This document shows, one piece after another, positions 21,899-31,883 of a stretch of DNA of 64,000 nucleotides. How positions within the stretch are numbered: position 1 is the first letter of the stretch; every line of letters starts with the position of its first letter. Origin of the DNA: Hyalangium minutum (lineage in GTDB: Bacteria; Myxococcota; Myxococcia; Myxococcales; Myxococcaceae); the NCBI RefSeq assembly GCF_000737315.1, contig NZ_JMCB01000003.1:1-64000 (forward strand), written 5' to 3'. The notes beneath the pieces are model-generated. The model was not told the DNA's origin and did no database searches. It saw only the letters and a list, made by a program, of their open reading frames with translations. The position numbers and the translations under genes are program-made.

Positions 21899-23608
21899 AT
21901 GCCAGCCCTGCTGCTGCTCTCCGGTCCCTCCGCCGGCCGCCGCTATGAGGTGGTTTCGGACGTCTCCATTGGCCGCAGCCCGTCGTGCGAGATCCAGCTC
22001 GACGACGACAAGGTGTCCCGGCGGCACGCCCACATCTTCTTGAGCGAAGGGCAGATGCGCGTCCGGGATCTGGGCTCGCGCAACGGCACGCTCGTCAACG
22101 GAGAGCGCCTCCAGGGCGAGGCGCGCTTGGTGCCCGGCGATCGCATCCAGGTGGGAGAGACGACCGCCCTCTACGAGCCGCTCACCCAGGCCGCCTTGAC
22201 GGAGCAGGCGCCGCTCGATGCCCGCCATGTCCCCATCGCCGAGGTACTGCCGCACGTGGGGCCCGAGGCGGCTCTGCTGTCCGCTGGGGTGGCCCTGCTG
22301 GGCGCCACCAGCGAGGCCATGGTGCTGCGGCGGTTGGTGGACGAGGCCCTTCATGCCTTGAGCGCGGATCGGGCCGCGGCGCTGCTCGGAGGGCAGGGTG
22401 GGTTGCTCACCGCGGCGGTGTCAGGCACGGCCTCTGTGGAGGTTCCGCGCGTCATGGCGAGCCTGGCGCTGGAGCAGAAGGAGGTCGTTTCCACGGCCAA
22501 TGCCCTCTGTGCTCCCTTGGTGGCCGCCGGAGGCATGCCGTTCGGACTGCTGTATGTGGCGTGTGATGAGCCGCGCTTCAGTGCGAAGGATGCGGGCATC
22601 GTGGCCGCGCTGGGGCGCATGGGCGGCGAGGCGTACACCGCCATGCACTCCCGGATGGAGGAAGAGCAGGCCCCCGTTCAGCTCGTCGGCACGTCCCGGC
22701 CGTTCCGCCGCATGGTGGAGCAGGCCCGGCGCGCGGCTGCCAGCGCCGCTCCCGTGGTCATCTCCGGCGCCCCCGGAAGTGGGAAGAGCCTCCTGGCCCG
22801 GTTCATCCATGTGCACTCCCCTCGGGCGCTGGGGCCGCTGGTGGCGGTGGACTGCCGTCTGCCGGGGCCTGCCGTGGAGGAGTTCCTCTTTGGCCGCGCG
22901 AGTGCTCCCGGGCTTCCGCCGCGCTCGTCCGCGCTCCTGCGCGCGGATGGAGGGACGCTGCTGCTCCAGCACGTGGAGGGGCTCTCGGGCGCCACGGTCG
23001 AGCGGCTGGTGCGGCTGCTCGCGCGCAAGGTGGCTCCGGCCCGGCAAGGAGGCGAGGAGCCTGTCAATCTGCGCCTCATCGCCACTGCGATCGAGCCCAC
23101 GCAGCTCCTGGCCGCCAAGGGCGGGCTGGATCCCGCCCTGGCCATGGCGCTGTCCGGACTGGAGATCGAGGTGCCGCCCCTGCGCGAGCGCCGCGCCGAT
23201 CTGAGCGCCTTGTTCGAGCACTTCGCCGCCCGGGGCGCCCAAGCCACCCGGAAGCCACCTCCGGTGCTCAGCCCGGGGGCCAAGCGCCTCCTCGTGGACT
23301 ACGCGTGGCCACAGAACGTGAGCGAGCTGAAGCTGGTGGCAGAGCGGCTCGGGCGGCTGTACTCCGGCCGCGAGGTGCACGCGCTGCGCTTGCCTCCGGA
23401 GATCCAGGAGGGCTCGGCGGAGGCCAAGCCTCGCAGCCTGCAGGAGATGGTCGAACGCCTGGAGCGGGAGGCCATCGTCGAGGCGCTCCAGTCCGCGGGA
23501 GGCCGGAAGATCCGCGCGGCCGAGCAGCTCGGCATCAGCCGCCCCACGCTGGACAAGAAGATCGAGGAGTACGCCATCCAGTTGGAGAAGCCACGGCGGC
23601 GACAGTGA
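21899..23608 (+). CDS. FHA-GAF-AAA+-Fis HTH enhancer-binding-like protein, degenerate ATPase
   Basis: FHA IGRS...SRRHA...DLGSRNGT; Walker A GAPGSGKS; PPLRERR; HTH AAEQLGISRPTLDKKI. Confidence 0.88.
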   Translation: MPALLLLSGPSAGRRYEVVSDVSIGRSPSCEIQLDDDKVSRRHAHIFLSEGQMRVRDLGSRNGTLVNGERLQGEARLVPGDRIQVGETTALYEPLTQAALTEQAPLDARHVPIAEVLPHVGPEAALLSAGVALLGATSEAMVLRRLVDEALHALSADRAAALLGGQGGLLTAAVSGTASVEVPRVMASLALEQKEVVSTANALCAPLVAAGGMPFGLLYVACDEPRFSAKDAGIVAALGRMGGEAYTAMHSRMEEEQAPVQLVGTSRPFRRMVEQARRAAASAAPVVISGAPGSGKSLLARFIHVHSPRALGPLVAVDCRLPGPAVEEFLFGRASAPGLPPRSSALLRADGGTLLLQHVEGLSGATVERLVRLLARKVAPARQGGEEPVNLRLIATAIEPTQLLAAKGGLDPALAMALSGLEIEVPPLRERRADLSALFEHFAARGAQATRKPPPVLSPGAKRLLVDYAWPQNVSELKLVAERLGRLYSGREVHALRLPPEIQEGSAEAKPRSLQEMVERLEREAIVEALQSAGGRKIRAAEQLGISRPTLDKKIEEYAIQLEKPRRRQ

Positions 23609-23649
23609 GGGCACCATCCCGCTTGTCCCCCCGTGCCCCCGCAGCGTAG

Positions 23650-24564
23650 ATGCCCCCCATGAGCTTCCGTTACTCCGACGAGGTGCGTCGCGCCCTGGAC
23701 ACGAAGGCGCCGCTGGTGGCGCTCGAGACGAGCGTGGTGGCCCAAGGCCTGCCTTACCCGGACAACCTCCGCGCCGCGCGCGCCTGCGAGGAGGCCGTTC
23801 GCAGCGCCGGTGCCGTGCCCGCTCCCATCGCCGTGGTGGATGGCGAGGTGTGGATCGGTCTCGAGGAGGCCGCCATGCTCCGGCTCGCCGAGGGCAAGGA
23901 GAAGCTGATGAAGCTCGGCTCGCGCGATCTGCCCGTGGCCATCGCCTTGAAGGCCTCGGGGGGCACCACCGTGAGCGCCACCTGTGAGCTGGCCGCCGCC
24001 GCCGGCATCCGCGTCTTCGCCACCGGCGGCCTGGGCGGTGTCCACCGGGGCGTCAGCGAGCACTGGGACATCTCCCAGGACATTGGCGCGCTGGCCCGCT
24101 ACCCCGTCGCCGTGGTGTGCGCCGGCGCCAAGTCCATCCTGGATCTGCCCAAGACGATGGAGGCCCTGGAGACCGCGAGCGTGCCCGTCATCGGCGTGCG
24201 CACCAGCGAGCTCCCATCCTTTTATAGCCGCAGCTCGGGCATGCCGCTGGAGCACCGGGTCGAGGACGCCGTCACGGCCGCTCGCATCGTCCGCGCCCGG
24301 GGCGAGCTGGGGCAGGGGGGGCTCGTCTTCGCGCTTCCGCCACCCGACGAGGCGGCCCTGCCTCGGGAGGACGTGGAGCGGCACATCGCCTCCGCGCTCG
24401 CCGAGGCCGAGCGCCAAAGTATTCGAGGCAAGGCCGTCACCCCGTTCCTGCTCGGGGACATGGCCCGGCGCACGGGAGGCCAGAGCCTGAAGGCCAACCT
24501 GGCCCTCCTGGCCAACAACTCGCGCTTCGCCGGAGAGCTTGCCGTCGCTTTGACGCGGGGATGA
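23650..24564 (+). CDS. psuG: Pseudouridine-5'-phosphate glycosidase
   Basis: VALETSVVAQGLPYP, GGTTVSAT, FATGGLGGVHRG, DISQD, GKAVTPFLL. Confidence 0.93.
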   Translation: MPPMSFRYSDEVRRALDTKAPLVALETSVVAQGLPYPDNLRAARACEEAVRSAGAVPAPIAVVDGEVWIGLEEAAMLRLAEGKEKLMKLGSRDLPVAIALKASGGTTVSATCELAAAAGIRVFATGGLGGVHRGVSEHWDISQDIGALARYPVAVVCAGAKSILDLPKTMEALETASVPVIGVRTSELPSFYSRSSGMPLEHRVEDAVTAARIVRARGELGQGGLVFALPPPDEAALPREDVERHIASALAEAERQSIRGKAVTPFLLGDMARRTGGQSLKANLALLANNSRFAGELAVALTRG

Positions 24565-24628
24565 CATGACCGGAGGGGCAGCTTCACGAAGCTGCTTTTG
24601 AGGTGGCATGCTCTAGGGAGGCCCCTGC

Positions 24629-26200
24629 ATGCCAGCACCTTCCATTCCGGCGGATGAAGCCCAGCGCCTCAAGGCTTTGTGGGATCTGTGCGTGCTGGAC
24701 ACCCCGCCGGAGGAGCGGTTCGACCGCATCGTCCGGATGGCGGTACGGCTCTTCCAGGTGCCCATCGCCTTGGTGTCGCTGGTGGACAAGGACCGGCAGT
24801 GGTTCAAGGCCCGGTACGGGATCGCGGAGCTGTCGGGGCCTCGCAACACCTCGTTCTGCGGCCACGCCATTCTCCATTCCGAGATGCTGGTGGTGCCGGA
24901 CGCCACCCTGGACCCTCGCTTCCTGGACAACCCGAATGTCCTGGACGCGCCCCACGTCCGCTTCTACGCGGGCCAGCCGCTGAGGGCGCCCAACGGAAGG
25001 CTTGTCGGGACGCTGTGCGTGGTCGACTACAAGACCCGCGAATTCAGTGAGGAGGATCGTCGCGCCTTGAGGGACTTGTCCGCGTGGACGGAGCTGGAGC
25101 TGTCCATGAAGGCGCTCCAGGAGGCCCAGGCCGCCGTCAAGCAGCTGGATCACTTCTTCGAGCTGTCGGCGGACATGCTCAGCATCACCAACCTCGAGAG
25201 CCGGCTGCTGCGCTGCAGCGTCTCCTGGAGCCGGACCTTGGGCTACTCCACCACGGAGCTGAGGGACATCCGGTTGCGCGAGCTGTTCCACCCGGAGGAT
25301 CTCCCCCAGGTGCTCGAGGCTCGACAGCGGGCCATCGAGGGCAGGCCACTCCCCAGTGTCGAGTGCCGCATTCGCGACCGCGCTGGCACCTGGCGCTGGC
25401 TCCAGAGCAACTTCATCTTCAATCCCGCCGAGTGTGTCTTCTACTCGGTGGCCCGGGAGATCACCGAGCAGAAGCAGCTGGAGAGCGAGCACCGCCGCGT
25501 GGAGCAGCTGAAGGACGAGTTCGTTTCCACGGTGAGCCACGAGCTGCGCACGCCGTTGACGTCCATCCGCGGGGCGCTGGGGCTGCTGAAGGGCGGCATC
25601 GCGGGTCCACTGCCCGCGGAGGCCGAGGAGCTCATCTGGATCGCCCAGGACAACAGCGATCGGCTGCTGCGCCTCATCAACGACATCCTGGATCTGGAGG
25701 GGCTGGAGACGGGCCAGCTCTCCTTCAAGCGGGAGCCGCTGCCCTTGGGCGAGCTGGTCACCCAGGCCGTCGTCGCGCAGCGGGGCTACGCGGCGCAGTA
25801 CGGCGTGAAGCTGGTGGTGGCACTGGACTCCGAGGCGCGGGCCTTGGTGGATGCGGACCGCTTCCTCCAGGTCATGGCCAACCTGTTGTCCAACGCCATC
25901 AAGTTCTCTCCCCAGGGCGAGACGGTGCAGGTCCGCCTGGCGCGGCTGCCGGGCGGCCTGCGCGTCAGCGTGGAGGATCACGGGCCGGGCATCCCCGAGT
26001 CCTTCCGCTCGCGCATCTTCCATAAGTTCGCCCAGGCGGACGGCTCGGACACCCGCCGCAAGGGGGGCACGGGGCTGGGGCTGTCCATCACCCAGGCGCT
26101 CGTGGCGCGGATGGAGGGCACCCTGAGCTTCGTCTCCGAGGAAGGGGAGGGCAGCACCTTCTTCGTGGTGCTGCCCGAGTGGACGCCGCCGGAGCCTTGA
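24629..26200 (+). CDS. GAF-PAS sensor histidine kinase
   Basis: DTPPEERFDRI GAF, PAS, VSHELRTPLTSI, NLLSNAIKFS, GGTGLGLSI. Confidence 0.95.
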   Translation: MPAPSIPADEAQRLKALWDLCVLDTPPEERFDRIVRMAVRLFQVPIALVSLVDKDRQWFKARYGIAELSGPRNTSFCGHAILHSEMLVVPDATLDPRFLDNPNVLDAPHVRFYAGQPLRAPNGRLVGTLCVVDYKTREFSEEDRRALRDLSAWTELELSMKALQEAQAAVKQLDHFFELSADMLSITNLESRLLRCSVSWSRTLGYSTTELRDIRLRELFHPEDLPQVLEARQRAIEGRPLPSVECRIRDRAGTWRWLQSNFIFNPAECVFYSVAREITEQKQLESEHRRVEQLKDEFVSTVSHELRTPLTSIRGALGLLKGGIAGPLPAEAEELIWIAQDNSDRLLRLINDILDLEGLETGQLSFKREPLPLGELVTQAVVAQRGYAAQYGVKLVVALDSEARALVDADRFLQVMANLLSNAIKFSPQGETVQVRLARLPGGLRVSVEDHGPGIPESFRSRIFHKFAQADGSDTRRKGGTGLGLSITQALVARMEGTLSFVSEEGEGSTFFVVLPEWTPPEP

Positions 26201-26206
26201 GTGTGG

Positions 26207-26773
26207 CTACGGGCCTCGCACCGCGCTCCAGAGCGACACCGCGCCGAACAGGAAGAAGAGCGAGGCGGCGACCCACCGCAGCCACTTCATCTGCACCTTG
26301 CCCGCGAGCTTGTCGCCCAGGAACACCGCCAGCCCGTCCGAGAAGAGCATCCCCAGCGTCGTGCCCGCCGTCACCAGGAGCACGGACTGGTAGCGCGCGG
26401 CCAAGGCCACGGTGGCCAGCTGCGTCTTGTCTCCCATCTCCGCCAGGAAGAAGAGGATCGCCGTGGTGAGGAAGGCGCCAAAGCGCGGCGGCTTCTCGGA
26501 TTCCTCGAGCGTGTCCGGCTTGAGCGTCCACAGCCCGAAGCCGATGAAGGTGGCCGCCAGCACCGCCGCCATGATCCGCGGGGAGACGTGCGAGGACACC
26601 CACGTGCCCACGCTGGAGGCCAGCGCGTGGTTGGCCAGGGTGGCCGCGAGGATTCCGGCCATCACCACCCACGGCTTGCGGAACCGGGAGGCCAGCGAGA
26701 ACGCGAGCAGCTGGGTTTTGTCGCCCATCTCACTGGCGGCGACGAGGAGGAAAGAACTCACCACGGCTTCCAT
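26207..26773 (-). CDS. TMEM165/GDT1 (UPF0016) family Mn2+/Ca2+ exporter
   Basis: Two E-x-GDKT motifs (ASEMGDKTQL, AEMGDKTQL); SD AAGGGAG upstream of ATG 26773. Confidence 0.93.
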   Translation of the reverse strand: MEAVVSSFLLVAASEMGDKTQLLAFSLASRFRKPWVVMAGILAATLANHALASSVGTWVSSHVSPRIMAAVLAATFIGFGLWTLKPDTLEESEKPPRFGAFLTTAILFFLAEMGDKTQLATVALAARYQSVLLVTAGTTLGMLFSDGLAVFLGDKLAGKVQMKWLRWVAASLFFLFGAVSLWSAVRGP

Positions 26774-26851
26774 CACGACACTCCCTTGTCGAGGCCGAGG
26801 TGTCGTGGGAGCACTGCGCGCGCACGAGCCTCGGCCAGGTTTCCCTGTCCG

Positions 26852-26955
26852 AAGGTCTCGTTCGCCTCGCACAGCGAGGTGAGGGCCCGGGCTGTTACCA
26901 GCCAGTGTGTCGAGCTCCCCGGCGCCGATGGTTTCCGGCGCGAACTACTCCCCTT
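26852..26955 (-). ncRNA. yybP-ykoY manganese riboswitch
   Basis: Minus strand starts AAGGGGAGUAG and ends GAGACCUU (P1 AAGG/CCUU), the recalled hallmark ends of this family; lies directly upstream of a UPF0016 exporter. Confidence 0.82.
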
Positions 26956-27006
26956 ACTGGAGTGCTGGATACCAGCCTCCGTGCCGCCTGCCAACAGGCA
27001 ATGCGG

Positions 27007-27498
27007 CTAGCGCTTGCGCGAGAACCAGCCCATGAGGCTCTCGAGCTCCCGCTTGTCCACGTCGTCGAACGTGGCCTTGTGCTCGGAGTCGATGTCCAGC
27101 ACCGCCATCAGCTCGCGGTTGGGCCCGAACACCGGCACAACGATCTCCGACACCGAGCGCCCATCGCAGGTGATGTGGCCCGGGAAGGCGTGTACGTCCG
27201 GTACCACCACCGTCTCGCGCGTGGCCGCCGAGGCGCCACACACGCCCTTGCCGAAGGTGATCTCCAGGCACCCCAGCGTGCCCTGGTAGGGGCCGACGCG
27301 CAGCAGCTTGCCCGGCTGGACCACCCGGTAGAACCCGGTCCACAGGTGACCGAACGCGTGGTGCAGCAGGCAGCTCATCGTCGCCATGGCGGTGATGTCG
27401 TCGTCAACGCCCTCCAGCACCGCCTCCACGTGCTGCTTGAGCTCCGCATACGCTTCCGCCTTCGGCCGGTCGCGCAGATCCAGGGTGACTTCAGCCAT
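27007..27498 (-). CDS. msrC: GAF-domain free methionine-(R)-sulfoxide reductase-like protein
   Basis: WTGFY, VGPYQG..C, GKGVCG, VPDVHAFPGHITCD..SEIVVP, LDIDS. Confidence 0.88.
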   Translation of the reverse strand: MAEVTLDLRDRPKAEAYAELKQHVEAVLEGVDDDITAMATMSCLLHHAFGHLWTGFYRVVQPGKLLRVGPYQGTLGCLEITFGKGVCGASAATRETVVVPDVHAFPGHITCDGRSVSEIVVPVFGPNRELMAVLDIDSEHKATFDDVDKRELESLMGWFSRKR

Positions 27499-27643
27499 CG
27501 GTGAGTCCTCAAGAGATGGATGCCGGCCGCGTCACCGCGCCAGCGGGCCCCTTTTACATGGAATCGCACCCCGCGCGAGAGGAGGCACGCAGGACCCAGG
27601 GGAGGGACACTCCCCGGGTGGGCTGCACGCTTGCCATGCCGCG

Positions 27644-28735
27644 TCAACCCGTGGCGTTCGCGGGGGGAGCCGCCGTGGGCTCGGACTTCTGGGAAGGCTC
27701 GGCCTTCGGGGCTGCGGCGGCCTTCTCCGAGGCGGAGGCCTTCTCCGGCTTGGACAGCATCCCGTAGCGCTTCGCTGCGGACTCCAGGATGCGCCCCACG
27801 AGTTGGAGGTAGGACATGCCCTTCTCCCGGGCGCCCATGGCCAGCTCGCTCTTGTCCTCCAGGTAGGGGTTCGGGTTCACCTCGAGGACGTAGGGGTCCC
27901 CCTCCTTCGAGATGCGGAGGTCGATGCGCGCGTAGTCCTGGAGCTTGAGCCCCCGGTAGGCGAGCAGCGCCGCCCGCTCCACCCGCTGGCGCAGCTCCGG
28001 CGAGATGTTCTGGGCGATGACGAGCTTGGGCGAGCCCTCCGTCTCCGGGCCGAACTTCACCTCCCGGTCCGAGATGGTGGGCTTGTTCTTGTCCCAGTTG
28101 CCGAAGTCCAGCTCCACGATGGGGAGGATCTCCGGCATCTCCTTGGGGCCAATCACCCCCACATACACTTCGCGCCCCTCGATGAACTCCTCCGCGAGCG
28201 CCTCGTCCTGCAGCTCCTTGCGGATCTCCTGCACCCGGCGCGTCAGGTCCTCCCAGTTGTGCACCAGCGACTTCTTGCCGATGCCAATGGAGGCGTCGCT
28301 CCGGGAGGGCTTCACGATGAGCGGGAACTCCAAGTCTCCGTGGGTCTCCACGGTGACGCCGTCGAAGGTGGCGAAGTCCGCGGTGGGGATCTCGTGGTAC
28401 TCGAGCAGCTGCTTGGTGAGGATCTTGTCCTGCGCCAGCAGCAGCCCCGCCGTCCCCGAGCCGGTGAACTTCACCCGCGCCATCTCCATCAGCGCCGCGA
28501 CGTTCACCTCCATCCGGTAGTCCTCGGCGAACGTCTCGCAGAGGTTGAACACCAGGTCGCACTTCGACCGGGCGATCGATTGGAGGATGTCCGACACGCC
28601 GTCGCTCACGGCGATCAGCGAGGCCTCATGGCCCAGCTGCCGCAGCGACTCGGCCACCTGGGTCACGACGGGGTCCACGGGCTCCCCGTCCGGCTGGTAG
28701 TGAAGCACGGCGATCTTCAAGGGCGGAACGGGCAT
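27644..28735 (-). CDS. ATP-grasp ligase, D-Ala-D-Ala ligase-like
   Basis: VFNLCE, FTGSG...QDKILTK, PLIVKP, EEFIEGRE, DYARIDLR, LEVNPNP. Confidence 0.88.
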   Translation of the reverse strand: MPVPPLKIAVLHYQPDGEPVDPVVTQVAESLRQLGHEASLIAVSDGVSDILQSIARSKCDLVFNLCETFAEDYRMEVNVAALMEMARVKFTGSGTAGLLLAQDKILTKQLLEYHEIPTADFATFDGVTVETHGDLEFPLIVKPSRSDASIGIGKKSLVHNWEDLTRRVQEIRKELQDEALAEEFIEGREVYVGVIGPKEMPEILPIVELDFGNWDKNKPTISDREVKFGPETEGSPKLVIAQNISPELRQRVERAALLAYRGLKLQDYARIDLRISKEGDPYVLEVNPNPYLEDKSELAMGAREKGMSYLQLVGRILESAAKRYGMLSKPEKASASEKAAAAPKAEPSQKSEPTAAPPANATG

Positions 28736-28813
28736 GGCCCTTCAAGTGTAAGGCGTCACCGCGCGCCGTGCACCCAGGCACGCGAACGGCTCCGTACTTT
28801 TGCCCGGCGGTGA

Positions 28814-29881
28814 TCAGTCCACCTCGAAGAAGCGGTCCGTGTAGAGGTAGTTCATCGCCAGCGCTGTCGCCAGCGAGGTGAGCTTGGTGAGGTACTCGCG
28901 CGTCTTGTCCAGGTGGATGCTCAGCCGCAGCGCCGTGGTGCGCTCGATGAGGTGCTCCACCAGCGCCAGCACCACCGGACGGCCCACGCCGCTGTACTGG
29001 GTGACCGCCTGGATGAGCGACTGGCGCTCGGCACGCACGAGCGTCTCCGCGCTGGCCGGCGCCGTGTCGGGCGGCTCGAACAGGCCGAGCAGATCCTGAT
29101 CCAGGTGCTCGCGCAGCGACAGCTCCACGCGCTCCTCGAGCTGGCGCTGGCGGTAGTGATCGAGGACCGTCTCCTCCATGTCCTCCACGTCCAGATCACG
29201 CTCGGCCAGCTGCACCAGCGGCGAGGTGCGTCCCACGCGCTGAATGACCTTCTCCATGTACTCGAGCTTCTTGAGCGCGGCCCAGCCCGCGTATCGCTTG
29301 CGCCAGTCCAGGCCGGGCGTCAGGAAGACCGCGAACGTCTCGGCGAAGTCCTCGTCCGGATGCTTCTGCGCGTACCAGCCGGAGATGTGCACCACGTACT
29401 TCCGGCTGAACGGGCGCGGCTTGTACGTCTCGTCGTAGGGCTTGGAGTAGTCCCCGAAAATCTTCCGCCACTCGTCCGTGTCGTAGAGGCGATAGGCGTA
29501 GTTGAAGGCGTGCCCGGCCTCGTGGCGCAGGTACATGAGGATCTCGCGCTCCGTCTCCGCGTCGCCGCTCAGCTCCGCCTCGATGGAGTGCAGGCGAGGG
29601 TCCGCCAGGTAGAACGGCAGCCCGATGACAGGCACGCCGGACGGGCAGCCCCACTGATCCGACAGGTAGCACTCCGGCCGGAACGAGATGGCCTTGCTCT
29701 CCAGCTCGCTGTAGAGCTGCTGGATGTAGCGCTCGAGGGCCGTGCCCTTCAGGTGGAGCCTCAGGTCCTTGATGCGGGCCTGGAGCAGTGCCTCGCGCTC
29801 GGGACGGCGCGGGGAGTCGGCCGCCTCGTGCGGGTCGGCCAGGGTCTTTTCTCGGAAGGTGATCTGGGAAGGTTGGAGCAT
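28814..29881 (-). CDS. Putative zinc-binding metallopeptidase (HExxH; Peptidase_Mx-like)
   Basis: LRHEAGHAF, YAQKHPDEDFAETFAVFL. Confidence 0.85.
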   Translation of the reverse strand: MLQPSQITFREKTLADPHEAADSPRRPEREALLQARIKDLRLHLKGTALERYIQQLYSELESKAISFRPECYLSDQWGCPSGVPVIGLPFYLADPRLHSIEAELSGDAETEREILMYLRHEAGHAFNYAYRLYDTDEWRKIFGDYSKPYDETYKPRPFSRKYVVHISGWYAQKHPDEDFAETFAVFLTPGLDWRKRYAGWAALKKLEYMEKVIQRVGRTSPLVQLAERDLDVEDMEETVLDHYRQRQLEERVELSLREHLDQDLLGLFEPPDTAPASAETLVRAERQSLIQAVTQYSGVGRPVVLALVEHLIERTTALRLSIHLDKTREYLTKLTSLATALAMNYLYTDRFFEVD

Positions 29882-30048
29882 CGGGTCCCCAAGGGGCCCC
29901 GAAGTCTAATGGCGAGCCCTGGGGGGTAAATTGGCTTGCCCCCAGCTACATGCAAAGGGTTGAAAAGACTGAATAATATGGGCACAAACCAGCTTGCCGG
30001 GCCGGTGGGAGACCGGCCCAGCGAGGGGTGCCCAGGTAGGCAGGAGGG

Positions 30049-31761
<1,713 letters not shown>

Positions 31762-31883
31762 TGGCCGCGGAGTATAGGCAAGCCGTGGCTAGGGTCCCAA
31801 GGGGGTAGAGCGGCGGTTGGGGGGCAAGCAGGCAATCATCCTGTTCCCGGCGGCGCTCCGGGCTGTTACATCCCCCAGCCGCC

